Below the pieces are notes generated by a model that worked only from the letters and a program-made list of their open reading frames with translations, did not search any database and was not told the DNA's origin. The translations under genes and the position numbers were made by a program. DNA of 63,411 nt, counting the filler, from Octopus bimaculoides (lineage: Eukaryota): NCBI RefSeq assembly GCF_001194135.2. It is 5 parts of 5 records of this genome, joined end to end, with 100 filler letters (N's around TTAATTAATTAA, not from the genome) between each part and the next. Parts side by side here need not be neighbours in the genome. Positions count along the whole stretch, not along the records: positions 21,476 to 49,393 come from NC_069004.1; 4 more parts are not named here. The stretch is one strand, 5' to 3'. Below, piece after piece: positions 25,320-37,847 of this stretch. Positions within the stretch are counted from its first letter, which is position 1. The number at the start of each line of letters is the position of its first letter.

Positions 25320-25760
25320 TTTCAAAATTTGGCACAAGGCCAGCAATTTCAGGGGAGAGGTTAAGTCAATTTACATCAACCACCCCTATTCTCCAGTGTT
25401 CATCTGGTATTTATTTTATTGACCTCCAAAAGGATGAAAGGCAAAGTTGACCCCGACGGAATTTAAACTTGGAATGTAAAGATGGACAAAAAGCTGCTAA
25501 GCATTTTGCTCAGCATACTAATAATTCTTATTTCTTTACTGCCCACAAGGCGCTAAACATAGAGGGGACAAACAAGAACAGACAAAGGAATTAAGTCGAT
25601 TATATCGACCCCGGTACATAACAGGTGCTTAATTTATCGACCCTGAAAGGATGAAAGGCAAAGTCAACCTCGGCAGAATTTGAACTCAGAATATAACAGC
25701 AGACGAAATACCACTAAGCATTTCACCCGGGGCGCTAATGATGATTCTGCCAGCTTTCCT
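25320..25760 (-). mobile_element. Tandem SINE B + SINE D
   Basis: Two consecutive family B bodies with different tails. Confidence 0.7.
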
Positions 25761-26189
25761 TCTTACTAATACTAATAATTCTGCCATCTTGCCACCTTGA
25801 ATTTTTCATTGAAATAATGAGATGTGATCCACAGATCCATGTTCAGATATATATATATACTGTGTTGCCATTTGTTTGAGAACCATAGTGCATACCCTGG
25901 CTGAGTGAATTGTTTGCAGTTCAGTGTAACAAGCTGGGGATTTGGTACTCTCTCCATAATCCAGTCTATTTCTTTACGGCTATAGATTGTGATGGTGGTC
26001 AAAGCAGAAAAGGACTTGGTCAGAATCAACAGTTACTTTTCCTCTACTTGTCCCAGTCCAGTGATTGAGATGAATGAGGTTATTGATGTTGTAATTATTC
26101 TATTTGTCTGTGTGCTCTTTAGGTTTGTCTGAGCTGAATGAGAAAGATATTGAGTATCTAAGCTGTTGTAGTGTTCACTACACCATAGC

Positions 26190-26800
26190 CAATCCTAAAC
26201 CAGGTTGAAAGAGAAGCAGGGTGGTAGTCATAGTTAACAGCCTTGCACTATCAATTTTCTGCATTTTTAACGAAACACCAACAAGAGAACATATCAAACC
26301 AGTCTGGTAAGAGAAGTTTGTCTTTAGAGACTGCATATGGCACCTGGAGACAACTACAATCCATTGAGACAGAGATCTCTTGTTGGCACTGTATGGTCTA
26401 TATGCAGTCAAGAGAATTCAGATGTTGGTAGCAGTAGTGTTCTGGGATGTTGTAGGTCTATCTGAGTATCTGGATGAAGTTTGGGACCAGACCGAGATGG
26501 TGGCTGCTATCAATTGGTTTCCAACATCGACAAGCTAACACCATCTTGAAGGAGATCCAGGCAACAGTTGAAAGGGCCAACCATTGTATATGGCTGAAAA
26601 GGAATGATGAAACCTGGCCAAGGAGTTGATGATCCCAAAATGGTCAGTCAAAACAGTAGGTGAGGGCCTCACATAAGCAATAGAGGTTAATGCACTGTAG
26701 AGCCATCAGGAGAAAGGCCCTGAAACAGTACACATTCTCTCCTGATGACTCCTGAAACCTTCTGGCATCCAGTATGCAGAGTTTTCAACTGACTGCACCT
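26190..26800 (+). mobile_element. HERO-like (RLE-encoding) non-LTR retrotransposon 3' fragment
   Basis: QANTILKEIQATVERANHCIWLKRNDETWPRS* resembles the HERO C-terminal motif (E.AS.WLWLKR.D.W), and a degenerate EVG.RG lies upstream. The family name is from memory. Confidence 0.5.
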
Positions 26801-27255
26801 GTACAAGCAAACTGTTTCCACATCTCTGTAACAATAGGAATTGTGGAGATTGACACCTGTAGCAACAGACTATGTCTCTTGCAAGTAGAGATGGTCTTTT
26901 ATTTTTAGTATTTTTGTTCCTGTGGCAGGCAGTCTGTGCACAACCTGTTATGATGGGCTGTATAGTATTTCATATTCTTTGTTGTTTATTGTGCCTTGTG
27001 GTATAATTATCCTAGTATGACTGGTGTAGTTCATGCGGGATATAATATTAGCATTCATAATGTCATTTGATGCCTTCAAATGCTTAATCTAGTATTTAGT
27101 AGATATGCTTTGTGCAGTTTTTAATTATTTAACCCACTTGGGCCTTGTACTAATGAGAATAGTGTCTGCACAGATAAAATGATATAATGAGGGTGTGACT
27201 ATTTACTTTTCAAATGTCTGTATAGAGCATCTGTGTGTATATGTATATATATAAA

Positions 27256-27330
<75 letters not shown>

Positions 27331-27333
27331 GTA

Positions 27334-27374
<41 letters not shown>

Positions 27375-27709
27375 GTATGTATATATATATATATGTATGT
27401 ATGTGTATATATATATATATATGCATCTTCATAAAAACATGCATTCTTTTCTGTATGTTTGCATACACACACACAATCTACTTATTGCTTTTTGCAGCAT
27501 TCAGATGAGTTGATTTCGATGTGGGCTGTCATGGAAGGATTGCATAGAAACCAACCAACCAACCATTAGTTCATATATCACTGTTGTTATTTCTTTCTGT
27601 TGGCCAATAATTGCACCAATAATTTGTTCTAAGTATGCTTTATGCATTGCTTTGTATGTTTTACAACATCATCTCCTGTGTATTGTGGATGCTATGCTGG
27701 TGTAGTATT

Positions 27710-27744
<35 letters not shown>

Positions 27745-27750
<6 letters not shown>

Positions 27751-28235
27751 TCATTATCATCATTTAACGTCTGTTGTCCATGCTGGCATGGGTTGGACAG
27801 TTTGACTGGGCTGGCACACTGGAAGCTCACACCAGACTCCAGTCTGATTTGGCATGGTTTTCTACGGCTGGATGCCCTTTTAATGCCAACAACTCTGAGA
27901 GTGTAATGGGTGCTTATTGTGCAACACCAGGCTGTGTTTATGTGGCACAGGTGCCAATTTGCATGACACTGGTATCTGCTACAACTGCAATTTTGCTTGG
28001 CTTGATGGATCTTCTCAAGCACGACATACTCTCAAAGGTCTCAGTCACTGCCTCCGTTAGGGCCAACACTTATATATGTATGTATCATCATCATCATCAT
28101 CGTCGTTTAAAGTCTGCTTTCCATACTAGCATGGGTTGGACGATTTGACTGAAGACTGGTGAAACCAGATGGCTACACCAGGCTCCAATCTGATTTGGCA
28201 GAGTTTCTACAGCTGGATGCCCTTCCTAACGCCAT
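27745..28235 (-). mobile_element. Two family C (RTE-tail) fragments
   Basis: Each starts at a (CAT)n tail on the plus strand and carries the GGATGCCCTT motif. Confidence 0.7.
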
Positions 28236-29760
28236 ATATGTATGTATATGTATATACATACATATGTATGTGTGTGAATCTATGATGTGTACGTGTCGTT
28301 ATGTTTGTCTCATCACTGTTTGATGTCCAGTATTGGCTTGTTTACATTCATATAACTTAACTGCTTGGCAAAAGAGACTGGTAGAATAAGTATGAAGTTA
28401 AAAAATTAGTAAGTACTGGGCGTGATTGGTTTGAGTAAAACCTTTCAAAGTGATGCCCCAGCATGGCCACAATCCAATGACCAACTGAAACAAGTAAAAC
28501 AAGAAAACATACACACACACCTATACATACACACATATGCACATAATTTTCTTTATATTTTTGTCTTCAATCACGCAGAAACACACACCTATTAACATGC
28601 GCACATACACTCACATAAAATCACATGCACACACACACACGTGTACATATGTATGTATGTACATATGCCTGTACATATGTGTGATTTGACCAGTATATGG
28701 GAACATTTACATATGAAGAGATTGTTTGCAGTGAAAGAATGTCTGACCTGACATTGTCTACCAATGAAAGATTTTGGCCCACAATTTCTGTAGATTACTG
28801 ATTTATTCATACAGACAAAAGAAATTCATAAGATCTTTACTTTACAATCTCGACATTTATTTATTCTGTTGAATAATAATTCTTATCTGACCAGAACTGT
28901 CCTGTTTGTTAATCTTGCTGTCCGATTTCAATGTTGAGTTCTTCCAAATAGGCACGGTGCCAATGTTTGCATGAAAAGTGTTACATTTGATTAAACTGGA
29001 CCCAAGAATGTTAAACAATAGGTCTGTGTAGGGAGGACAAGGGTCTAACTCGTCCAGTTGGCATGAGTTTGCAATTCTGAAGGAACCTTTTCCTGCCAAT
29101 TACAAGTAAAAAAGGATCCTTTAGCAAAGAATTACCATTGTTATAAATCATTCTGGCTCTTGCATTCTGTCCTGTTAACATCTATGTACATCATGTATTC
29201 AACACACACCACACACACATACAATATGTATATGGCATGCTTTTTCATCTCTTGTTTCAGTCATTAGACTACAGCCATGCTGGAGCACTACCTTGAAGAA
29301 TCTTTAGTCAAATGAATTGACTCAAGTACTTTTTATCTTTAAGCCTGGTATTTATAATATTGGTCTCTTTTGCCAAACTGCTAAGTTACGGAGACATAGA
29401 CACACCAATATCAGTTGTCATGCAATAGTGGGGGACAAATACAGACAAAAGACACACCAATGCAGATATATATATATCATCATCATCATCGTTTAACGTC
29501 CGCTTTCCATGCTGGCATGGGTTGGACGATTTGACTGAGGACTGGTGAAACCGGATGGCAACACCAGGCTCTAATCTAATTTGGCAGAGTTTCTACAGCT
29601 GGATGCCCTTCCTAACACACACATGATGGACTTCTTTTTCCGTCTGCCAAATCCACTCACAAGGCTTTGTTTGACCTGAGGCTACAGTAGAAGACACTTA
29701 CCCGAGGTGCCATACAGTAGGACTGAACCCAGAACTATATGGTTGGGAAGTAAACTTCTG

Positions 29761-29990
29761 ATTTCTTTATTGCCCACAAGGGGCTAAACACAGAGGGGAC
29801 AAACAAAGACGGACAAACAGATTAAGTCGATTATATCGACCCCAGTGCGTAACTGGTACTTATTTAATCGACCCTGAAAGGATGAAAGGCAAAGTCGACC
29901 TCGGCGGAATTTGAACTCAGAACGTAGCGGCAGACGAAATACCGCTAAGCATTTCACCCGGCGTGCTAACGATTCTGCCAGCTCACCGCA
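29761..29990 (-). mobile_element. SINE family D, young copy
   Basis: CpGs are retained and the A/B boxes are intact. Confidence 0.85.
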
Positions 29991-30509
29991 CACCCACACC
30001 ACTAATTTCTAAAAACTTTGATGAGTTCTTTGAAATTGATCTTAGATTTCACATTTGGCCTGGGCCAGATGTGCACATAACCTTTGTACTCCACATCCCT
30101 GAGCAACATGGAAGACTTCTCATTTTATTCAGAATCATGGTGGGGTGGTGAAGAACTTAATGCTCCATGCTTTTGTCTTTGACTTGGGAGTGATATAAAG
30201 AGAGATCCTCTCTTTTTGAGTGATCACAGCCAACAAGATAATGCCCTTTTTTTTCTCCTTCTTTCTGACTCCCATATGAAAGGCAGATTCTTTGTTCCTG
30301 ATGGTAAAGTGAATTAATTAAATTCATCTATGGCCTGATGCTGTTGACATAGACCATCACTAGTTTTCTAAGACACTTTGGTTTAGTCCCACTGTGTGGC
30401 ACCTTGGACAAGTGGACAAGTTTCTCCTACTTTAGCCCCAAGTCAATCAAGGCTTTGAGAGTGGGTTTGGTCAGCAAAAACCAAAAGAAACTCATAATAT
30501 GAATATAAA

Positions 30510-30540
<31 letters not shown>

Positions 30541-30602
30541 TCTTGTCGTCACATTGCATAATGGCTGTAAATGAGCATTGTTCATTTCCAGTCCTTCTGT
30601 GA

Positions 30603-30673
<71 letters not shown>

Positions 30674-32592
30674 ATGGGCTTCTTCCAGTTTCTGTCTACC
30701 AAATTCACTCACAAAGCTGTGGTTGTCTCAGGGCTATAACAGAAGACATTTGCCCAAGGTGCCACACAGTGGGACTGAGCCTGAAATCATGTGGTTGGGG
30801 AGTAAACTTTTTAGCACAGAGTTACATCTGCCCCTAACCACTTTACAAAATGCCCTTTGTGCATTTTAGTCCTCATTACTCTAGGATATCTTCAATCACT
30901 CAGAGTATCATGTCTAAAAAAGGGAATGGAAAAGAAAGTGATGTCATGTCATACTTGAGAAGTGGTACAAGGAACTTATTAAGCCAATTCAAGCTGATGA
31001 GTCATAGGTAGATATCTTATCAGTTCTAGGAAATACTCTACATGTTTCCTGTAAACTACGTGAGTTAGTATTTCATTATTAACAACAAACAAATAGTCAC
31101 TAGAAAACAGTTTGTCTCATTTCTACTGACTTCATTTATGGCTTTGGTTTCTGCAGCTGGATTCCCTTCCTAGCAACAACTACTTTATATATATATATTC
31201 TTTTACTTGTTTCAATCTGCAGTCATGATGAGGCACCGCCTTGGAGAATTTTTAGCCAAATGAATCGACCCCAGGACTTTTATTTTTTTTTTCTTCTAAG
31301 CCTGGTATTTATTCTATCAGACTCATTTTGCTGAACTGCTAAGTTACAGAGATATAAGCACACCAGCAGCAGTAGGAAACAAACGCAAAATTGTGTGTGT
31401 GTGTGTGTGTGTGTGTACATAAATATATACATATATATATATGTATGATGAACTTTTTTCAATTTCCATCTNNNNNNNNNNNNNNNNNNNNNNNNNNNNN
31501 NNNNNNNNNNNNNNNNNNNNNNNNNNNNNNNNNNNNNNNNNNNNNNNNNNNNNNNNNNNNNNNNNNNNNNNNNNNNNNNNNNNNNNNNNNNNNNNNNNNN
31601 NNNNNNNNNNNNNNNNNNNNNNNNNNNNNNNNNNNNNNNNNNNNNNNNNNNNNNNNNNNNNNNNNNNNNNNNNNNNNNNNNNNNNNNNNNNNNNNNNNNN
31701 NNNNNNNNNNNNNNNNNNNNNNNNNNNNNNNNNNNNNNNNNNNNNNNNNNNNNNNNNNNNNNNNNNNNNNNNNNNNNNNNNNNNNNNNNNNNNNNNNNNN
31801 NNNNNNNNNNNNNNNNNNNNNNNNNNNNNNNNNNNNNNNNNNNNNNNNNNNNNNNNNNNNNNNNNNNNNNNNNNNNNNNNNNNNNNNNNNNNNNNNNNNN
31901 NNNNNNNNNNNNNNNNNNNNNNNNNNNNNNNNNNNNNNNNNNNNNNNNNNNNNNNNNNNNNNNNNNNNNNNNNNNNNNNNNNNNNNNNNNNNNNNNNNNN
32001 NNNNNNNNNNNNNNNNNNNNNNNNNNNNNNNNNNNNNNNNNNNNNNNNNNNNNNNNNNNNNNNNNNNNNNNNNNNNNNNNNNNNNNNNNNNNNNNNNNNN
32101 NNNNNNNNNNNNNNNNNNNNNNNNNNNNNNNNATATATATATATATATATACACATCTGATTTTTTCTTCACTGTTTTCCCAGATTTGCATATTTTCCAT
32201 TGTCATCCAATTCTATTATTATGAATTTGAATTGGGAGCTTGATTCATAGTGTATCTTTCATTAGCTGATCACACAACCATGGATGCCACCCTTCTGTAT
32301 GCATTGCAGTTACTCTCTTGATAGAGCTTGGTGATCCTGACCATTGATCTTCTAGGATTCCTCCACTCAATATCTATGTAAGAAGCAGCATTGACTCAGT
32401 TGAGCTCTTCTGCTACCTCATCTCAGTCTCATGACTTTGTCGTATCCCTGGCAGGATGGCTGAACATGGCCTATGCTTTACCAAAGGGCAGCCTGTAACT
32501 ATGCAGGGTATGGTTGTCGCTCCATGAGGTATTTTCAGAACACCCACACATGTATACATACGTATATATATTTACATATATATATATTTATA

Positions 32593-32633
<41 letters not shown>

Positions 32634-32884
32634 NNNNNNNNNNNNNNNNNNNNNNNNNNNNNNNNNNNNNNNNNNNNNNNNNNNNNNNNNNNNNNNNNNN
32701 NNNNNNNNNNNNNNNNNNNNNNNNNNNNNNNNNNNNNNNNNNNNNNNNNNNNNNNNNNNNNNNNNNNNNNACAAATAGATGTATTAGTATAACGCTCGGG
32801 AATTGAAAAAGTCTTTAACATTTCGAGTCTACGCTCTTCCACAGAAAGAAACAAGGAGAGAAAAAAATGTGTGTAGTGGTCAGT

Positions 32885-32937
<53 letters not shown>

Positions 32938-32939
<2 letters not shown>

Positions 32940-34595
32940 TCATGTGCACAATTATTGACACTCTTTATGAAAAGTGGGTTTTTTAGTGAATTTCCCACTA
33001 AAATTAATGTCTACTTAAATCACTTTTGGTCAATGTAGGCACAATTACTTAAGAAGCTCCAAACAAAAGTAAAATTTCCAAAACAATTTATTTTTAACAA
33101 ACAAAACAGAAAAACAAAATAATTGGATGGTTCGAAATTATTGGCACCCCTACAACATTCGATGATTAATAATCAATAGTGTATCTTTTATGCTTAATAA
33201 CTTCCTTCAATCCATGAGAGTAGTTTTCAATTAGCTTCAGGCACAGATTAGAAGGAATTTTAGCCCCATTTTTCTATTGCATATTCTTCGAGCTGCTTCA
33301 AATTAGATGGCCTTTTTGCTTTCACTCTTTTCTTTAGATCCGCCATAAGTTTTTTATTGGGTTTAAGTGAGAACTTTGATTATATCTATATTATTTTCTT
33401 TCAACAAATTCTGGATTAAAAGTGAGGTATGCTTGGGACCATTGTCCTGCATGGAGGTCCAGTGGTGTCCTAATCCCAGCTGTTTTGTCCATTACTTCAG
33501 GTTTTCATTCAAAACATCAAGATAATTCTCTTTTTTCATCATTGCTTCATTTCAAATTAATTTTCCAGTGCCTTTAGCAGAAAAACAGCTCCACAGCATT
33601 ATACTACTTCCACCATATTTGATGGTATTGATAGTATTCTTCGGGTTGTAAGCTTCTCCTCTTCTCCGCCAAACAGTAGTCTTATCATTGTGCCTGAATA
33701 ACTTGAGTTTGGTTTTGTCAGATGACAGAACAGAATGCCAAAAATGTTCAAGCCTCTTCAGAAAGACCTTCACAAACTTCAAATAAGCAGTTAAGTGCTT
33801 CTTCTTCAACTATGGTATCTTCCAGAGACAGCACACCTCCAAGCCACCTCTATTGAAGAGTTCAAGTAACCATTGACCTTGAAGTATGAACTCCAAAAAC
33901 TGTCAAATTGGGCTTCATTACTGCAGTTGTTATCTTAGGATCATTGTTAACCATTTTAACTAACATTTTCTCTTCTTGTTCTGAAAAGAGTTTCTTTCTG
34001 ACACATCCACTCTTGTTCTCCTACAAGCTAGTATCTTGATGTTTCACAAATATGTTGCGAACAGTTGATCTAACCAAATTGAAATTCGTAGATATTGTCT
34101 TGTACCCATCTCCAGCAACACAAGCATCAACAATCTTCTCCTTAGAGTCAAAACTGTATGTCTGCACATTCACAATGATGCCACATTTAGAATAGTTTGT
34201 TAACCAAAAGAAGGTGGAAAAAAGATTGTGCAAATGATGTTACATGGCCTTGCCAAAACTTATTCTAGAAATTTCTGTATTTAAGAAATTTCTCAGGATG
34301 ACATAACCTCTATTATTTAACACAAATTCTTATATTCTAGGCCAAATCAGTGTTTTTTTTTTGCAATGAAATAATCAAATTGTTATGTAGGTGTCAATAA
34401 TTCTAAATTGTGCTTAAAATTTTTATAGGCCAAGATTACCATAGTAAACGTTGCCAGATGTCTTTCTTTGGCAAAATCTATGTTTTAATTGTTAGTATTA
34501 TTTGTGACATAAATGCATTTTCAAAGACATCTACTTTTAGTGACAAATTCAATTAAAACCCATTTTTGACAAGGGATGCCAATAATAGTGTGCAT

Positions 34596-34599
<4 letters not shown>
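32938..34599 (-). mobile_element. Full-length decayed Tc1-like (DD34E) DNA transposon
   Basis: Imperfect TIRs of about 75 bp (AGTCATGTGCACAATTATTGACA.. / ..TGCCAATAATAGTGTGCATGACT). Minus-strand fragments read KEKIVDACVAGDGYKTIS (HTH), [36 protein letters not shown] and LNPIKNLW. Confidence 0.85.
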
Positions 34600-34651
<52 letters not shown>

Positions 34652-34656
<5 letters not shown>

Positions 34657-34975
34657 TGTGTATTTCTTCTATCTTAATGAATAAAAATTCTTCTGATAGA
34701 ATAAATGGGTTAATAGAAACCAATGTAGCAAAGAACACAAAATAACTGTGGTTTAGTTCCTGTTTTTAAGGCAGGAACTCCTTGAAATTTTGGGTATTTG
34801 AGTATATTTAAGAATTTAAGGAATGGAGAAAACGCATGTTATAATTGCATACTTTATTCCTACATATGTTTCAAAGGATTACAACCTGTGTGATCCATAG
34901 GGATCTTTGATATTAAAATTGTAACCTTCTCATCAGGGAAAGCATGGGAATCATCTTAAACGTAAGACATTATGA
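34652..34975 (-). mobile_element. Penelope-like pseudo-LTR, inverted relative to the adjacent RT
   Basis: Reverse complement of 21550-21860; its 3' end abuts (TA)n at 34599-34652. Confidence 0.75.
34857..34940 (-). ncRNA. Type I hammerhead ribozyme
   Basis: The minus strand reads TTCC-CTGATGA-GAAGGTTACA..GATCCCTATGGATC..TGTAATCCTTT-GAAA-CATATG-TA-GGAA. Confidence 0.82.
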
Positions 34976-35009
34976 CCGATTATGAATATAGTAGCTAAAA
35001 AAAAAATAC

Positions 35010-35765
35010 TAAGGAAGATTAATAACAGAATTTGAGAGACAGCTAAACTACAACAATAGAATAATAGCAGCACTGCCATAGATTGGTTTAGGAATATAAA
35101 GGATAAGCATAGTGCTGGATTCACTCAATTTGACATTGCTGATTTTTATCCCCCGATATTGAGATCATTGCTCAATAAGGCAATTGAGTTTTCAAAACGG
35201 TATGTGGATATAGACCCAATAGACCTGGACTTTATCATGCATGCAAGAAAATCTCTTCTGTTTAGTAAGGGCTCAGCATGTGTTAAAAAATCAGATTCAG
35301 ATGAGTTGTTTGATGCATTGATGGAGCGTGGCTTAGTGGTTAGGGCATTCGGCTCATGATTGTACAGTCGTGAGTTCAATTCCCTGCGACGTGTTGTGTC
35401 CTTGAGCAAGACACTTTATTTCACGTTGCTCCAGTCCACTCAACTGGCAAAAATGAGTTGTACCTGTATTTCAAAGGGCCAGCCTTGTCGCACTCTGTGT
35501 CACGCTGAATCTCCCTGAGAACTACATTAGGGGTACACGTGTCTGTGGATTGCTCAGTCCCTTGTACGTTAATTTCACGAGCAAGCTGTTCTGTTGATCG
35601 TATCAGCTGGGGCCCTCGTCGTCGTAACCGACGGAGTGCTCCTTTATGACAGTGCAGACAAATGTGATCTTGTTGGTCTCTTTATATTACATACACTGAG
35701 ATCCAAGTTCCCATCCTATGATGTTGGTCTATATCGAGACAATGGGTTGGGAATATCTCATGGCT
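35010..35765 (+). pseudogene. Penelope-like reverse transcriptase fragment interrupted by a SINE
   Basis: INNRI..DWFRNIKDK..FTQFDIADFYP..SLLNKAIEF..IMHARKSLLF..KK..LFD..M |SINE| S.DSADKCDLVGLFILH..GLYRDNGLG, which fits the FDVTMGSYDGAE.CELVG..GLYRDDGL type of PLE RT. Confidence 0.8.
35323..35639 (+). mobile_element. tRNA-derived SINE, family F (CORE-like GTGTCCTTGAGCAAGACACTT)
   Basis: A-box TGGCTTAGTGG and B-box GAGTTCAATTC. Other copies lie at 45199-45508 (+), 49223-49393 (-), about 1715-1860 (decayed) and from 63385. Confidence 0.85.
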
Positions 35766-36204
35766 GTGATTCTATTCTTAGTTTTACCTATCGGTGCACA
35801 AGATCTTCAGGCAATTTATGATCTTGTGCATGTGAAACTCAGAGTAGCAAGAGACCGGCTTGACCAAGTAATACTTATTATTAACCTCGACTAAGGCAGG
35901 GAGCTAGCAGAATCATAAACCCACTGGGCTAAATGCTTAACAGTAATTCATCCAAATTTATGTTCTGAGTTCAAATTCTGCCAAGGTCAACTTTACCTTT
36001 CATCCTTTCAGGGTTGATAAAATAAGTACCAATGGAACACTCAGATTGATGTAATCAACTTAGCTCCTCCCTCGAAGTTGCTGGCCTTGTGCCAAAATTT
36101 GAACCATAATCGATTTGTACTCAGTACTCTTTTTTCCAGCAGTTTACACTTAAACGGATATATATGTATATATTGAATGATGATGATGATATATATCTGT
36201 TAAA

Positions 36205-36584
36205 CTTTAACTTATTTCAGTCATTGGACTGTGGTCATGCTGGAGCACTGCCTTGAAGGATTTTAGTTGAATGAATTAACCCTAGTACTTTTCTTTTTTC
36301 AAGCCTCATACATATTCTATTGGTTTCTTTTGCTGAACTGCTAGGTTACAGGGATGTGAACGCACCAACACCAGTTGTCAAGCAGTGGTGGTGGACAAAC
36401 ACACACACATACTCTCGCACATATATGTGATGGTCTTCTTTCAGTTTCCGTCTACCAAATCCACTTAGAAGGCTTTGGTCAGCCCGAGGCTATAGTAGAA
36501 GACACTTGCCCAAAGTGCCATGTAGTAGAACTGAACTCGGAACCATGAGGTTGGGAAGTAAACTTCTTACCATACATCCATGCC

Positions 36585-36585
<1 letters not shown>
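36205..36585 (-). mobile_element. SINE family A
   Basis: Full head-to-tail reverse complement of family A. Confidence 0.8.
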
Positions 36586-36643
<58 letters not shown>

Positions 36644-36844
36644 ATGTATATATACACAAATATATAAAAGTTGCCCTCAGTACATTTGTTATGAGTTACA
36701 TATAATCTTTTTAATAACTGTTTGTCTCAGCTTCATATGACTTTAAGTTTCATGTATATGTAGGACTTGTCCATTTCATCAGATACAAGGAACACCTGTC
36801 ATCTAATGAGAGGGACCTGTCCAATGTGCATACAAAACTTTCTG

Positions 36845-37485
36845 TCATGAGAAGCTGTTATTAAACACATGGAGAGAACCTGTGGAAGGGTTAGACCCAG
36901 AAAGATGTAGGACATGATAGTGAGAAATGATCTTCAGAGGTTGAGCCTTACAGAGGAGATGACAAGAAATCAAGACTTCTGGTGATTTCCTGTGCTTGAG
37001 GAGGCATGTCAAGTTGATTAAAATCATGGTCATCCACACATACAGGCAATTCCTTTAAGGCTATAACCTTCCCCTCCACTTCCTTGTCCTACTGGGGTAG
37101 CCAAGTATCTTCTTTGATGCCCCCATGGGTGCTGGTGCCACATAAAAAGCACCCATGCTGGTGCTACATTACAAAACACCCATGCTGACACCACGTGAAA
37201 AGGCACCTGTGCTGGAGCCACATAGAGAAGCACTTGTACCAGCATCACATGAAAAAGGGCCCATGCCAGCACCCCATAAAAAGGTACCTGTACCAGTGTT
37301 ACATAGGAAAGCACCCAGTACACTCTGTAATGTGGTCAGTGTTAGGAAAGACACCTAACTGTAGAACTTGCCAAAACAGATGACTGGAGCCTAGTGCAGC
37401 CCTCTGGCTTGCCAGCACCTGTCAAGCCTGTCCAACTCATGCCAGCATGGAAAACGGAAGTTAAATGATGATGATGATGATGAGG
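36845..37485 (+). mobile_element. RTE-like LINE 3' end with ~27-bp tandem repeat in the UTR and (GAT)n tail
   Basis: RTCGRVRPRKM*DMIVRNDLQRLSLTEEMTRNQDFW, about seven divergent 27-bp units at 37125-37320, then the family C tail. Confidence 0.75.
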
Positions 37486-37795
37486 AATAGGACACACATA
37501 CACACACATCAAGTCTTTTATTATCAGACTGATGCTTTTGTCAACCTAAAGTTATTAGGTAGATGGCATTTGCCCAAGGTACTACGCAGTAAGAAAGCAT
37601 TCAGAACCAGATAGTTACATAGCATTATTTCTTCACCACATTGCCATACCCACACCGATATATAAATATATTTGGATAGATTTTCTACCGACTTTAGATT
37701 TAGCCAAATAATTATTGATTTTATAATTAACTTGAAAAATTCTATCCTGGAATTTTACTCACAGAACAGAAAATAATAAACTATTTTAGACAGTA

Positions 37796-37847
<52 letters not shown>

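Noticed and set aside
26700-26765. CTGATGA..GAAA in the HERO-like UTR
   Set aside because: Stems II and III cannot form in any hammerhead topology I tried.
28146-28170. CTGA(A/G)GA-CTGGT-GAAA-CCRG hammerhead-like motif in family C
   Set aside because: No stem II pairing, no U16.1/H17 after stem III, and it is antisense to the LINE.
28705-28800. EIVGQNL.. suggesting the LIGQSLFDYLHPKD exon
   Set aside because: Lacks the conserved HP.D motif.
30150-30310. LVGCD motif suggesting a BMAL1 PAS-A exon
   Set aside because: The flanking residues do not match ADGFLFVVGCDRGKILFVS.
37125-37320. CRISPR-like periodic ~27-bp repeats
   Set aside because: Contiguous divergent tandem units without unique spacers, inside a LINE 3' UTR in eukaryotic DNA with no cas genes.
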